Assembly: GCA_038153405.1 (NCBI GenBank)
Contig: JAYOYH010000002.1
Coordinates: 96,001 to 160,000, forward strand
Direction: 5' to 3'
Source: Gemmatimonadota bacterium
GTDB taxonomy: Bacteria; Latescibacterota; UBA2968; UBA8231
Length of the DNA: 64,000 bases
This document shows positions 9,130 through 17,803 of the stretch, one piece after another. The notes beneath the pieces were generated by a model. That model did not search any database and was not told the origin of the DNA. It worked only from the letters and a program-made list of their open reading frames with translations. Both the position numbers and the translations under genes were made by a program. Position 1 is the first letter of the stretch. Each line of letters opens with the position of its first letter.

Positions 9130-9162
9130 AGCCGGGACATCATCGATGTCCCGGCTTTTTTT
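9130..9162 (+). terminator. Rho-independent terminator
   Basis: AGCCGGGACATC-atc-GATGTCCCGGCT followed by a T run. Confidence 0.85.
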
Positions 9163-9233
9163 GCGCTTGACGCCCCGCCCGGGGCTGAGCTTATTTTGCA
9201 CTTCCATATTTTACAGACGGAGCGTCTATCGAC

Positions 9234-10280
9234 ATGGCGAAAAAGCCCCCCGCGCCCAAGCGCGCGCCCAAGAAAACTGCCCAGAAGAAAGCGGCCAAAA
9301 CGCGCGGCAGCGCCCCCCTGCGCGCGCCGGTCGACACCCTGTGGCTGATGTACCGCAAAATGAGCGAAATCCGCCTCTTTGAGGAACACGTATGGGATGT
9401 CTACACGCGCGGACTCATGCCGGGACTGGCCCACCTCTACATCGGCGAAGAGGCGGTAGCCGTTGGCACGTGCACCGCTCTGCGCGACGACGACTATATA
9501 ACGAGCACCCACCGCGGCCACGGACACTGCTTGGCTAAAGGCGGCCAACTCGACCGCATGATGGCGGAAATTATGGGCAAGGAGGCCGGCTACTGCCGCG
9601 GCAAGGGCGGCTCCATGCACATTGCCGATATGTCGGTCGGCATTCTCGGCGCCAACGGCATTGTCGGCGGTGGATTTGGCATCGCCACCGGCGCCGCGCT
9701 CTCGGCCAAGCTACGCGGCAGCGATCAGGTCTCCGTCTGCTTTTTTGGCGACGGCGCCTCCAATCAGGGGATCATGCTGGAAACCGTTAATATGGCAGCA
9801 GCCTGGGATCTTCCCGCTCTCTACATATGCGAAAACAACCAGTATGGCGAGCACACGCCCTACCAGGCGGTGACGGGCGTAGAGGACATCGCCGATCGCG
9901 CTAAAGGGCTCGGCTTAGAAGGGATCATCGTCGATGGATCCGACGTGTTGGGCATGCACGATTGCGTGCAGCGGGCCGTAGCCAAAGCGCGGGCGGGCGG
10001 CGGGCCCACGCTCATTGAGGCCAAGACCTACCGCTTCCACGGACACCACGTCGGCGACGCCCAGACCTACCGCACGCGCGACGAGGCCGAGTGGTGGCGC
10101 GCCAACAAAGACCCGATCAAATTGCTTGGCGACTATATGGTCGCCCAGGCGATCGCCACGCAGGAAGAGCTGGACGCCGTATACAAGCAGGTCGAAGGTG
10201 AGGTCCTGGTGGCCATTGAATTCGGCAAAGACGCCCCCCTACCCCCTCCCGAACAAGCCTACGAGGACCTCTATGCCTGA
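9234..10280 (+). CDS. TPP-dependent dehydrogenase E1 alpha subunit (AcoA/PdhA-like)
   Basis: HLYIGEEAVAVG, STHRGHGH, GKGGSMH, TPP motif FFGDGASNQG...CENNQY, TYRFHGH. Confidence 0.93.
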   Translation: MAKKPPAPKRAPKKTAQKKAAKTRGSAPLRAPVDTLWLMYRKMSEIRLFEEHVWDVYTRGLMPGLAHLYIGEEAVAVGTCTALRDDDYITSTHRGHGHCLAKGGQLDRMMAEIMGKEAGYCRGKGGSMHIADMSVGILGANGIVGGGFGIATGAALSAKLRGSDQVSVCFFGDGASNQGIMLETVNMAAAWDLPALYICENNQYGEHTPYQAVTGVEDIADRAKGLGLEGIIVDGSDVLGMHDCVQRAVAKARAGGGPTLIEAKTYRFHGHHVGDAQTYRTRDEAEWWRANKDPIKLLGDYMVAQAIATQEELDAVYKQVEGEVLVAIEFGKDAPLPPPEQAYEDLYA

Positions 10281-11259
10281 ACGTGAAATACTCTTTCGCG
10301 AAGCAATCGCCGAAGCCATGCGCGAGGAAATGCGGCGCGATGCATCCGTCTTTCTCATTGGCGAAGACGTCGGGCCCTCGGGCGGTATCTTCAAATGCTG
10401 CGAGGGGTTATTCGATGAGTTTGGACCACAGCGCGTTCTCGATGCGCCCATTGCCGAAGCCGGCTACATCGGCCTCAGCGTCGGCGCCGCCATGACCGAA
10501 ATGCGCCCTATCGCCGAGCTCATGTTCGGCGATTTTGCCCTGTTGGCGATGGACCAAATTGTCAATCAGGCGGCCAAGATTCGCTATATGACCGGCGGCC
10601 AGTGCAAAGTGCCGATGACCATTCGCCTGGCAATGGGCGCCGGCCGCTCCTCGGCCGCCCAGCACTCGCAGAGCTTGCAGGCCATCTTCGCCCACATACC
10701 AGGACTCAAGGTCGCCGTCCCCTCGACGCCGCGCGATGCCAAGGGCTTGCTTAAAAGCGCCATCCGCGACGACAACCCCGTGTTGTTTTTTGAAGACAAG
10801 ATGATGTACAACGACAAGGGAGCCGTGCCAGATGAAGACGACTTCCTCATTCCATTCGGGCAGGCTGAAGTAAAGCGAGCGGGCGCCGACGCCACCATTG
10901 TCGCCACTTCGAGCATGGTGGCCGTTGCTCTGGCGGCGGCCGACCAACTCGCCCAAGAGGGATTGGACATTGAGGTAGTCGACCCGCGCACGCTGGTGCC
11001 CTTAGACGAGGAAACGATTCTTGCATCGGTGCGCAAAACGGGGTACGCGCTCGTCGTCGACGAGGCGCCGCAGAGCTACGGTGCCACCGCTGAAATCGCG
11101 GCGCGCATCGGCGAGAAGGCCTTCGATTACTTAGATGCACCGGTCCTGCGCATCGGCGCAGCTGACCTGCCGATTCCCTTTAGCCCGCCGCTGGAATTTC
11201 CCACCATACCCGACGTCGATCGCGTCGTCCGCGCGCTGAAAGCACAGCGAGGACGCTGA
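10273..11259 (+). CDS. TPP-dependent dehydrogenase E1 beta subunit (AcoB/PdhB-like)
   Basis: GEDVG, DAPIAE, DQIVNQAAK, AQHSQS, DPRTLVPLD; start MPEREI overlaps the alpha stop. Confidence 0.93.
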   Translation: MPEREILFREAIAEAMREEMRRDASVFLIGEDVGPSGGIFKCCEGLFDEFGPQRVLDAPIAEAGYIGLSVGAAMTEMRPIAELMFGDFALLAMDQIVNQAAKIRYMTGGQCKVPMTIRLAMGAGRSSAAQHSQSLQAIFAHIPGLKVAVPSTPRDAKGLLKSAIRDDNPVLFFEDKMMYNDKGAVPDEDDFLIPFGQAEVKRAGADATIVATSSMVAVALAAADQLAQEGLDIEVVDPRTLVPLDEETILASVRKTGYALVVDEAPQSYGATAEIAARIGEKAFDYLDAPVLRIGAADLPIPFSPPLEFPTIPDVDRVVRALKAQRGR

Positions 11260-12176
11260 TGGACAATCCCGTTTGTCTGATAAGTGGTTCGAGCAGCGGC
11301 ATCGGCGCAGCAACAGTGGAACACTTTGCGCGCCACGGCTACGACGTGGTGGTCAACTACAACTCTGGCCGCGAGCGCGGCGAGGCCGTCGCCGAGCGCA
11401 TTCGCAGCGAGTGCGGCGTGCAAGCGCTGGTGCTGGGCGCCGACCTGTCCCAACCCGAAGCGGCGTTTTCCCTCGTCGACCAAACCTACCAGCACTTTGG
11501 CCGTCTCGACGTGAGCATCAGCAACAGCGGGGTGGCCAACTACATCAAAGACGAAGAGGGCAACCTGCTGCGCTACCGCTTTCGCGACACCCCAGTCGAA
11601 CACCTCGACCGGGAAATGGAGCGCGTGCTATCGCTCAATCTGATGGGCGCCTATCGCCTCGCTCAGCGCTCGCTCCACTACATGATTGAGCAGGCCGAAG
11701 CAGAGACCGCCCGCGGCGAGCCGGCGCGCCACCGCAGCATCCTCTTTGTGACCTCCATATCGGACATTGCGCCCGAGACCACGCGCATTCCCTACGGCGT
11801 CAGCAAATCCGGGCTCAATCACGCCATTCTCGGCGCCGCGCTCGACGGCGGTCCGCACAACGTCACGGTCAATGGCCTGCGTCCCGGTGTCGTCGATACC
11901 CCACTGACCGCCCGTCCGTCCGGCATCTGCGACCCCGTTGACGGGCACGAGTACACCGTAGCTGAAACCTATGGCCTGATGGCCGAAGGCGGCGCTCAAC
12001 CCATCCGCCGCATCGGCACGCCGGAAGACATTGCCCATGCGGCCTACGCCTTTTGCCACATTCCCTACATGACCGGCCAACTCGTCGCCGTCGACGGCGG
12101 CTTTACCCTAGCCGGCACCTTTGCCAACCGCGAACTCTTTCTACAGGAAGGTCTTCGGCTCCGCCAGCAGGTCTGA
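11259..12176 (+). CDS. Short-chain dehydrogenase/reductase (classical SDR)
   Basis: SGSSSGIG, catalytic YGVSK, PGVVDT, MTGQLVAVDGG; TGATG coupling to E1 beta. Confidence 0.9.
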   Translation: MDNPVCLISGSSSGIGAATVEHFARHGYDVVVNYNSGRERGEAVAERIRSECGVQALVLGADLSQPEAAFSLVDQTYQHFGRLDVSISNSGVANYIKDEEGNLLRYRFRDTPVEHLDREMERVLSLNLMGAYRLAQRSLHYMIEQAEAETARGEPARHRSILFVTSISDIAPETTRIPYGVSKSGLNHAILGAALDGGPHNVTVNGLRPGVVDTPLTARPSGICDPVDGHEYTVAETYGLMAEGGAQPIRRIGTPEDIAHAAYAFCHIPYMTGQLVAVDGGFTLAGTFANRELFLQEGLRLRQQV

Positions 12177-12206
12177 CGCGCCAAGCGATAGGTGCGCACA
12201 GAACGC

Positions 12207-12250
12207 AAAAAGCCGTCGGTGCCCGCAGGCACCGACGGCTTTTCCTTTTT
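12207..12250. terminator. Bidirectional intrinsic terminator
   Basis: AAAAGCCGTCGGTGCC-cgca-GGCACCGACGGCTTTT between convergent genes. Confidence 0.85.
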
Positions 12251-12258
12251 CGCCGATC

Positions 12259-13011
12259 TCAGTGCTCTCTGATGCTTCCGACCTGAATCTCGATTTCCTC
12301 GCGATTGGCCACGCGCTCGAGCATGCCGTCGCGAATCCACGCCATCCGGTCGGCCGCCGTAAGCATCTTGTCGTCGTGGGTCACGGTGATGATCGTCGTG
12401 CCCATCTCCTCCTGCAAGTTCTTCATATAGTTGATGATCTCTTGGCCGGTATTGCTGTCCAAATTACCCGTCGGCTCGTCGGCCAAAATGATGCGCGGCT
12501 TGTTGACGAACGCGCGCGCAATGGCCACGCGCTGCTGCTGACCGCCGGATAGCTCGGAGGGAATGTGGTGGGCGCGCTCGCCCAAACCGACGATTTCCAA
12601 ACACTCCATGGCGCGCTTCTCGCCCTCCTCGGTGCTCATCCCGGCAAAGACCGTCGGCAGCGCCACGTTCATCAGCGCGCTCATAACGGGCAGCAGATTG
12701 TAGGTCTGAAAAATATAGCCCAGTTCAAAGCAGCGCACCGCCGCCAACTGCTGTGGGCTGAGCGCCGCCAGATTAACTCCATCGATGCGCACCTCGCCCC
12801 CCGTAGGAGTCTGCAGCGCGCCTATCATGTTGAATAGCGTACTCTTGCCCGATCCGGAGGGGCCCATAATCGCGAAGAACTCGTTTTCGTAGACCTCGAC
12901 CGACAAACCGCGCAGCGCGTGCACGTGAGTCGACTCGTCGCGACTTTTGGAGTTGTATACCATTTTCACGTCCTGAACATCGACAATGACGCTGCGTCCG
13001 GTCCCAGACAT
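12259..13011 (-). CDS. ABC transporter ATP-binding protein (LolD/MacB-like)
   Basis: GPSGSGKST, LSGGQQQRVAIARA, ILADEPTGNLD, VTHD; no permease adjacent. Confidence 0.92.
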   Translation of the reverse strand: MSGTGRSVIVDVQDVKMVYNSKSRDESTHVHALRGLSVEVYENEFFAIMGPSGSGKSTLFNMIGALQTPTGGEVRIDGVNLAALSPQQLAAVRCFELGYIFQTYNLLPVMSALMNVALPTVFAGMSTEEGEKRAMECLEIVGLGERAHHIPSELSGGQQQRVAIARAFVNKPRIILADEPTGNLDSNTGQEIINYMKNLQEEMGTTIITVTHDDKMLTAADRMAWIRDGMLERVANREEIEIQVGSIREH

Positions 13012-13177
13012 AGCCGCTTTACCTTCCCACACTCGATATGTGATTTCGCTATTTCTACCGATACGAAAACAAACGGCCCCAATCTAAGAACGGGGCGACT
13101 TCAAGTCAACTAGGGCTTATTCTATCGGCTTGCAATGGATGCTCCTCCCCGTTGCCGCTCCTTTTTACAGCAAAAGT

Positions 13178-13204
13178 TAAACAACTTGTCAAAGATGCCG
13201 ATAG
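13178..13204 (+). promoter_or_regulatory. sigma28 (FliA/SigD/WhiG)-like promoter
   Basis: TAAA-N15-GCCGATAG versus consensus TAAA-N15-GCCGATAA. Confidence 0.45.
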
Positions 13205-13221
13205 TATCAACAAGAAATAAC

Positions 13222-13251
13222 TTGACTCTAAACATTACTATTTAGTATAAT
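13222..13251 (+). promoter_or_regulatory. sigma70 promoter with a dyad in the spacer
   Basis: TTGACT-N18-TATAAT; the spacer is CTAAA-N8-TTTAG. Confidence 0.7.
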
Positions 13252-13316
13252 ACCACAGCCTGATCCCTTTCGGTTGGGAGGCCTTTATAGAGCGCCTCTC
13301 ACACGAGGAGAGCACC

Positions 13317-14003
13317 ATGATAGAGAGTGAACAACTCATTGATATACAAGAAGTTGCGGATACTTTTGGCAAATCGGTCGAATCGATCCGCAAATACAAA
13401 AACTTCGGCATAATTCGCGTCTCAGACAAACGCGGCAACAAAGACCTGTTTGACCGTGCAGAAATTATGGAAATCCGCGGTCGCCTGCGCGAATTACGCC
13501 TTAAAGGACTGTCTCTGGCGCAGATAGCCGACCAGCTCGACTTGGCGCGCGCCGAAGACCTGGGCATCGATATCCCCTCTCAGCTGACTCCGGGCCAGCC
13601 GCCCGCAGTCGAAGCCGGCAAACAGCTGAAAGTGCTGCTGGTCGACGACGAGACGGAAGTCCGCGCCGGCTTGCGCGAGTTCCTCGAAGGCCTCAACTAC
13701 GCCATCTGCGAAGCGGCCGACGGCGAGGAAGCGCTAGCCAAGACCTTTACGGAAAAGCCCCATCTGATTTTGCTGGACCTGCGCCTTCCCAAACTGGACG
13801 GCTACCAAGTCTGCCAGACGCTAAAGGGCAACCCCATCACGTCGGGGATTCCGATCATCATGGTCAGCGCGCTCAATTCGGCCCCCAATAGGATTAAGGG
13901 CATTGAGCACGGAGCGGACGATTACGTCGACAAGCCCTTCGATTTGGAAGAGCTAGCCGCGCGCATCAAAATGGTCACCCGGCGCCTCGGCATCGGTGCC
14001 TGA
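13317..14003 (+). CDS. MerR-type HTH fused to a C-terminal response-regulator receiver domain
   Basis: N-terminal IDIQEVADTFGKSVESIRKYKNFGII; receiver VLLVDDE...ILLDLRLP...MVSA...YVDKPF; GAGGAG RBS. Confidence 0.85.
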   Translation: MIESEQLIDIQEVADTFGKSVESIRKYKNFGIIRVSDKRGNKDLFDRAEIMEIRGRLRELRLKGLSLAQIADQLDLARAEDLGIDIPSQLTPGQPPAVEAGKQLKVLLVDDETEVRAGLREFLEGLNYAICEAADGEEALAKTFTEKPHLILLDLRLPKLDGYQVCQTLKGNPITSGIPIIMVSALNSAPNRIKGIEHGADDYVDKPFDLEELAARIKMVTRRLGIGA

Positions 14004-14207
14004 GGAGGATTCCTCCTCCACGTCGACAAAGTGTTCGACGTGACCGCACTGTGAGCAGATGTAGACCGCTGCGGACACTTCGCGCATGCGTCCACCTCGG
14101 TCATCGTACAGGCGGTACACAACCGCAGGCACGGGGTAGGCCTCTTCGAAGTCCTGGCCGCCACACTGGGTGCAGCTAACGGTAAAATCGCCTTCATACA
14201 TGGGCAT
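13953..14207 (-). CDS. Small zinc-ribbon protein
   Basis: CTQCGG...CSQCGHVEHF (two CxxC); GAGGAAGG RBS; acidic tail overlaps the end of the convergent gene. Confidence 0.65.
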   Translation of the reverse strand: MPMYEGDFTVSCTQCGGQDFEEAYPVPAVVYRLYDDRGGRMREVSAAVYICSQCGHVEHFVDVEEESSSGTDAEAPGDHFDARG

Positions 14208-14369
14208 CCGCCTTCCTCTCAGGACGAGCGGCGTCGTGCATACTGCGGTGTGCAGATGCCGCTCGTCCTGTATGCATCTCTTGCATATACGCGCCCTCTC
14301 TACATATTTTCAAAAACATCACCGGGGCCGCCTTCTGCGGTCCTTTCATACTCTTGCACGGCAGGTTCT

Positions 14370-15494
14370 ATGTACACGCCACAAGTAGGCCGCTCCGTCC
14401 TCGTTGCTCTCCTGGCCATGGGCTGCGCGTTGCACGCCCAAGAAGCACAGAATAGCGAGCGCCACGAATTTCGCATTGAAGCCTTTGTCGAAGACCTAGG
14501 CGTGCCCTGGGGCATGGCCTTCCTACCCGATGGGCGCCTGCTCATAAGCGAACGCGAGGGGCGCTTGCGCATCGCCGACGCCAGCGGTCAGCTCTCCGCC
14601 CCACTAGACAACGTGCCGCCCGTGCGCGCCGAAGGCCAGGGCGGCCTGCTCGACGTCGCGCTCCACCCCCAGTATGCGACCAACGGCTGGATTTATCTCT
14701 CATACTCGCAATCGCGCAGCGACGGCAATAGCTTTACCGCCATCGCGCGAGGCCAATTAGAGGGCAATGCCCTAACCAACGTCGAATTGATCTACCAAGG
14801 CCCGAGCGACGATTTCTCGAAACATGCGCATCACTACGGATCGCGCATCGTTTTTGACGCGGACAACTACCTATTTTTCTCCATCGGCGACCGCGGCCAG
14901 CGCCCCGAAGCCCAGCTGCTAACGACGGCCAATGGCAAAATCCACCGTCTGCACGACGACGGACGCGTCCCCGAAGACAATCCTCTCGTCGGTCGGGAAG
15001 ATGCCCTGCCCACCATCTGGTCCTATGGTCACCGCAATCCGCAGGGACTGGCCATCCATCCACAGACGGGCGAGATCTGGGAAACGGAACACGGTCCGCG
15101 CGGCGGCGACGAGTTAAACCGCATTGTCAGAGGAGAGAACTTCGGCTGGCCCGCCATCACCTATGGCATCAACTACAACGGCACGCCGATAACCGATAAA
15201 ACGCACGGCGAGGGCATGCTACAGCCCCGCTACTACTGGCTGCCCTCAATTGGGGTCTGCGCCATCGAGTTTTACGACGGCGATGCCTTTTCGCGATGGC
15301 GCGGCGACCTGCTGGTCGCATCGCTGGCTTTCGGCAAACTGCATCGCCTACAGTTGGAAGACGGACGCGTCCTACACGACGAAATCGTTTTTGAGAGCGG
15401 ACGACTGCGCGATATCGAGACCGGCCCCGACGGGCTAGTTTACCTGGCCCTAGAAAATCCGGGCCGCATTGTGCGCCTCGTGCCGGCCGACTGA
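14370..15494 (+). CDS. PQQ-dependent soluble aldose sugar dehydrogenase (YliI/Asd, GSDH family)
   Basis: Signal peptide; PWGMAFLPDG, GQGGLLDVALHP, HYGSRIVF, WSYGHRNPQG, EHGPRGGDE. Confidence 0.9.
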   Translation: MYTPQVGRSVLVALLAMGCALHAQEAQNSERHEFRIEAFVEDLGVPWGMAFLPDGRLLISEREGRLRIADASGQLSAPLDNVPPVRAEGQGGLLDVALHPQYATNGWIYLSYSQSRSDGNSFTAIARGQLEGNALTNVELIYQGPSDDFSKHAHHYGSRIVFDADNYLFFSIGDRGQRPEAQLLTTANGKIHRLHDDGRVPEDNPLVGREDALPTIWSYGHRNPQGLAIHPQTGEIWETEHGPRGGDELNRIVRGENFGWPAITYGINYNGTPITDKTHGEGMLQPRYYWLPSIGVCAIEFYDGDAFSRWRGDLLVASLAFGKLHRLQLEDGRVLHDEIVFESGRLRDIETGPDGLVYLALENPGRIVRLVPAD

Positions 15495-15554
15495 CATCGC
15501 TCTACCGCTTTGCGCACGATGCTTGACGAGCGTGCGCAAAGCGGCGTGCTCGCC

Positions 15555-17540
15555 CTACGCCTCTTTTAAACGCGTTATTTCATCGCGCAAATGCGCCGCC
15601 TTCTCAAAGTCTAGCTTGGCGGCGGCCATCTTCATCTGCTTCTCTAGGTCATCCAGCAGTTCCTCGACATTTTCCGAGCCATCGTATTCTACCTTCTCTT
15701 CTGCCACGACCGAACTCGCCGCACCGCGCACGCTCTCTAGCACAGAAGAGGCCTGGAGGATTTCTTCGCGACTGCGATAAATAGTCTCCGGCACGATGCC
15801 GTGTTCGGCGTTGAATTCCTCCTGCTTCTCGCGCCGGCGATCCGTTTCATCAATAGCCCGCTGCATGGAGTTGGTGACGCGATCTGCATAGAAAATCACG
15901 CGCCCGTTGGCGTTGCGCGCGGCGCGACCGATCGTCTGTATGAGCGCCTGTTCCGAGCGCAAAAAGCCCTCTTTATCGGCGTCGAGAATCGCGACCAACG
16001 ACACCTCGGGCAGATCCAACCCCTCGCGCAGCAGGTTGATGCCCACCAGCACGTCAAAAGCACCTAAGCGCAGGTCGCGCAGGATTTCTACTCGATCGAG
16101 GGTGTCGATATCCGAGTGCAGATAGCGCACGCGCACGTCCATCTGCTCCAGGTAGTCCGTCAGGTTTTCCGCCATGCGCTTGGTCAGCGTCGTGACCAGC
16201 ACGCGCTCTTGCTGCTCGGCGCGCAGGCGGATTTCCTCCAGCAGATCGTCGATCTGCCCGGCCAGTGGGCGCACGTCGATTTGCGGATCGACCAGACCCG
16301 TTGGACGAATGACCTGTTCGACGATTACGCCGCCCGATTTTTTTAGCTCGTAGTCGCTCGGCGTAGCCGACACAAAGACCGTCCAGCCCATTTGCCCTTC
16401 AAATTCCTCAAAGACCAGCGGGCGATTGTCAAAGGCCGACGGCAGGCGGAAACCGTGCTCGATCAGCGTTTCCTTACGCGAGCGATCGCCGCGCCACATG
16501 CCGCGCACCTGCGGAATCGTCACGTGTGATTCGTCGACAATCAGCAGATAGTCGTCGGGAAAGTAATCCAACAGCGTCCACGGTTGGGCACCGGATTCGC
16601 GCCCATCCATGTAGCGCGTATAGTTTTCAATGCCGGGACAGAAACCCACTTCTTTGATCATTTCGACATCGTATTTGGTGCGCGTTTCCAACCGGTGTGC
16701 CTCGACTAGCCTCTCGTTACTGCGCAAGTCGAGCACGCGCCCCTCCAATTCAGTGAGAATGCCCTCGCAGGCACGCTCGACCTGCTCGTCGCCCGTCACA
16801 TAGGCCTTGGCCGGAAAGAGCGCGACATACTCGCGCTGTTCCAAGGTCTCTCCCGTTAGCGCATCGACGATGGCAATCGCATCGACTTCGTCGCCGAATA
16901 GCTCGATGCGCAACGCCTGGTCTTCCGAAGCGGGCACGACCTCTATTACATCGCCGCGCACGCGAAAGCAGCCGCGCTGCAGTTCGAGGTCGTTGCGCCG
17001 GTAGTATATGTCGATCAAGTGGCGCAGAATTTCGTCCCGCTCGACGACATCGCCCCGGCGCAGTTCAAACTTCTGCCTATCGTATTCCTTGGGTGCACCT
17101 ATACCATAAATACAGGATACGGTGGCTACGATCACCACGTCGCGCCGCTGCAGCAGCGACGAGATCGACTTTAGTCGCAGGCGATCGATTTCCTCGTTGA
17201 GCTGCACTTCCTTCTCTATGTACGTGTCCGTGCTCGGCTTATAGGCCTCCGGCTGATAGTAGTCGTAGTAGCTGACAAAGTACTCAACGGCATTGTTGGG
17301 AAAATAGCCCCGAAACTCGCCGTAGAGCTGAGCAGCCAGCGTCTTATTATGCGAAATGATCAGCGCCGGCATTTGCAGTTCGTGAATTACATTGGCCATA
17401 GTGAAGGTCTTGCCGCTGCCGGTGACTCCGAGCAGCGTTTGAAACTGCTGCCCCTGGCGGATGCCGCCGGTTAATTCACCTATGGCGCGCGGCTGGTCAC
17501 CGCGCGGTTGGTAATCGGACACAAGCTCAAAGCGATCCAT
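15555..17540 (-). CDS. uvrB: Excinuclease ABC subunit B
   Basis: [41 protein letters not shown]-terminal UVR domain (FEKAAHLRD). Confidence 0.98.
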   Translation of the reverse strand: MDRFELVSDYQPRGDQPRAIGELTGGIRQGQQFQTLLGVTGSGKTFTMANVIHELQMPALIISHNKTLAAQLYGEFRGYFPNNAVEYFVSYYDYYQPEAYKPSTDTYIEKEVQLNEEIDRLRLKSISSLLQRRDVVIVATVSCIYGIGAPKEYDRQKFELRRGDVVERDEILRHLIDIYYRRNDLELQRGCFRVRGDVIEVVPASEDQALRIELFGDEVDAIAIVDALTGETLEQREYVALFPAKAYVTGDEQVERACEGILTELEGRVLDLRSNERLVEAHRLETRTKYDVEMIKEVGFCPGIENYTRYMDGRESGAQPWTLLDYFPDDYLLIVDESHVTIPQVRGMWRGDRSRKETLIEHGFRLPSAFDNRPLVFEEFEGQMGWTVFVSATPSDYELKKSGGVIVEQVIRPTGLVDPQIDVRPLAGQIDDLLEEIRLRAEQQERVLVTTLTKRMAENLTDYLEQMDVRVRYLHSDIDTLDRVEILRDLRLGAFDVLVGINLLREGLDLPEVSLVAILDADKEGFLRSEQALIQTIGRAARNANGRVIFYADRVTNSMQRAIDETDRRREKQEEFNAEHGIVPETIYRSREEILQASSVLESVRGAASSVVAEEKVEYDGSENVEELLDDLEKQMKMAAAKLDFEKAAHLRDEITRLKEA

Positions 17541-17739
17541 TTTTTCTCCCCATTGCAGCACAATCTAGCCGGCCCACACCGCCTTGTCAATACAGCACAC
17601 CTCCACGAGCGATAGAGCACTAAACAGACATAATGTCATAAATGTTCGCAATTATGACACTGTAGCCATTGATATGTGCGCATGTCATAATACATTATAA
17701 ATCAATTAAAAACATTGATTTAATAAAAATTGAGCGCTC

Positions 17740-17755
17740 TGGTACATTCCTTGCT
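17740..17755 (+). promoter_or_regulatory. sigma54-type -24/-12 promoter of dnaK
   Basis: TGGTACATTCCTTGCT has exact GG-N10-GC spacing, about 50 nt upstream of the ATG. Confidence 0.65.
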
Positions 17756-17803
17756 AAATGAGTGTAGTCCTATGATAAAGACTACTTGAGAAAGGAATAC
17801 ACT

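Noticed and set aside
8805..9620. 271-aa minus-strand ORF across the ferredoxin and E1alpha
   Set aside because: Antisense to two clear genes and spans a terminator
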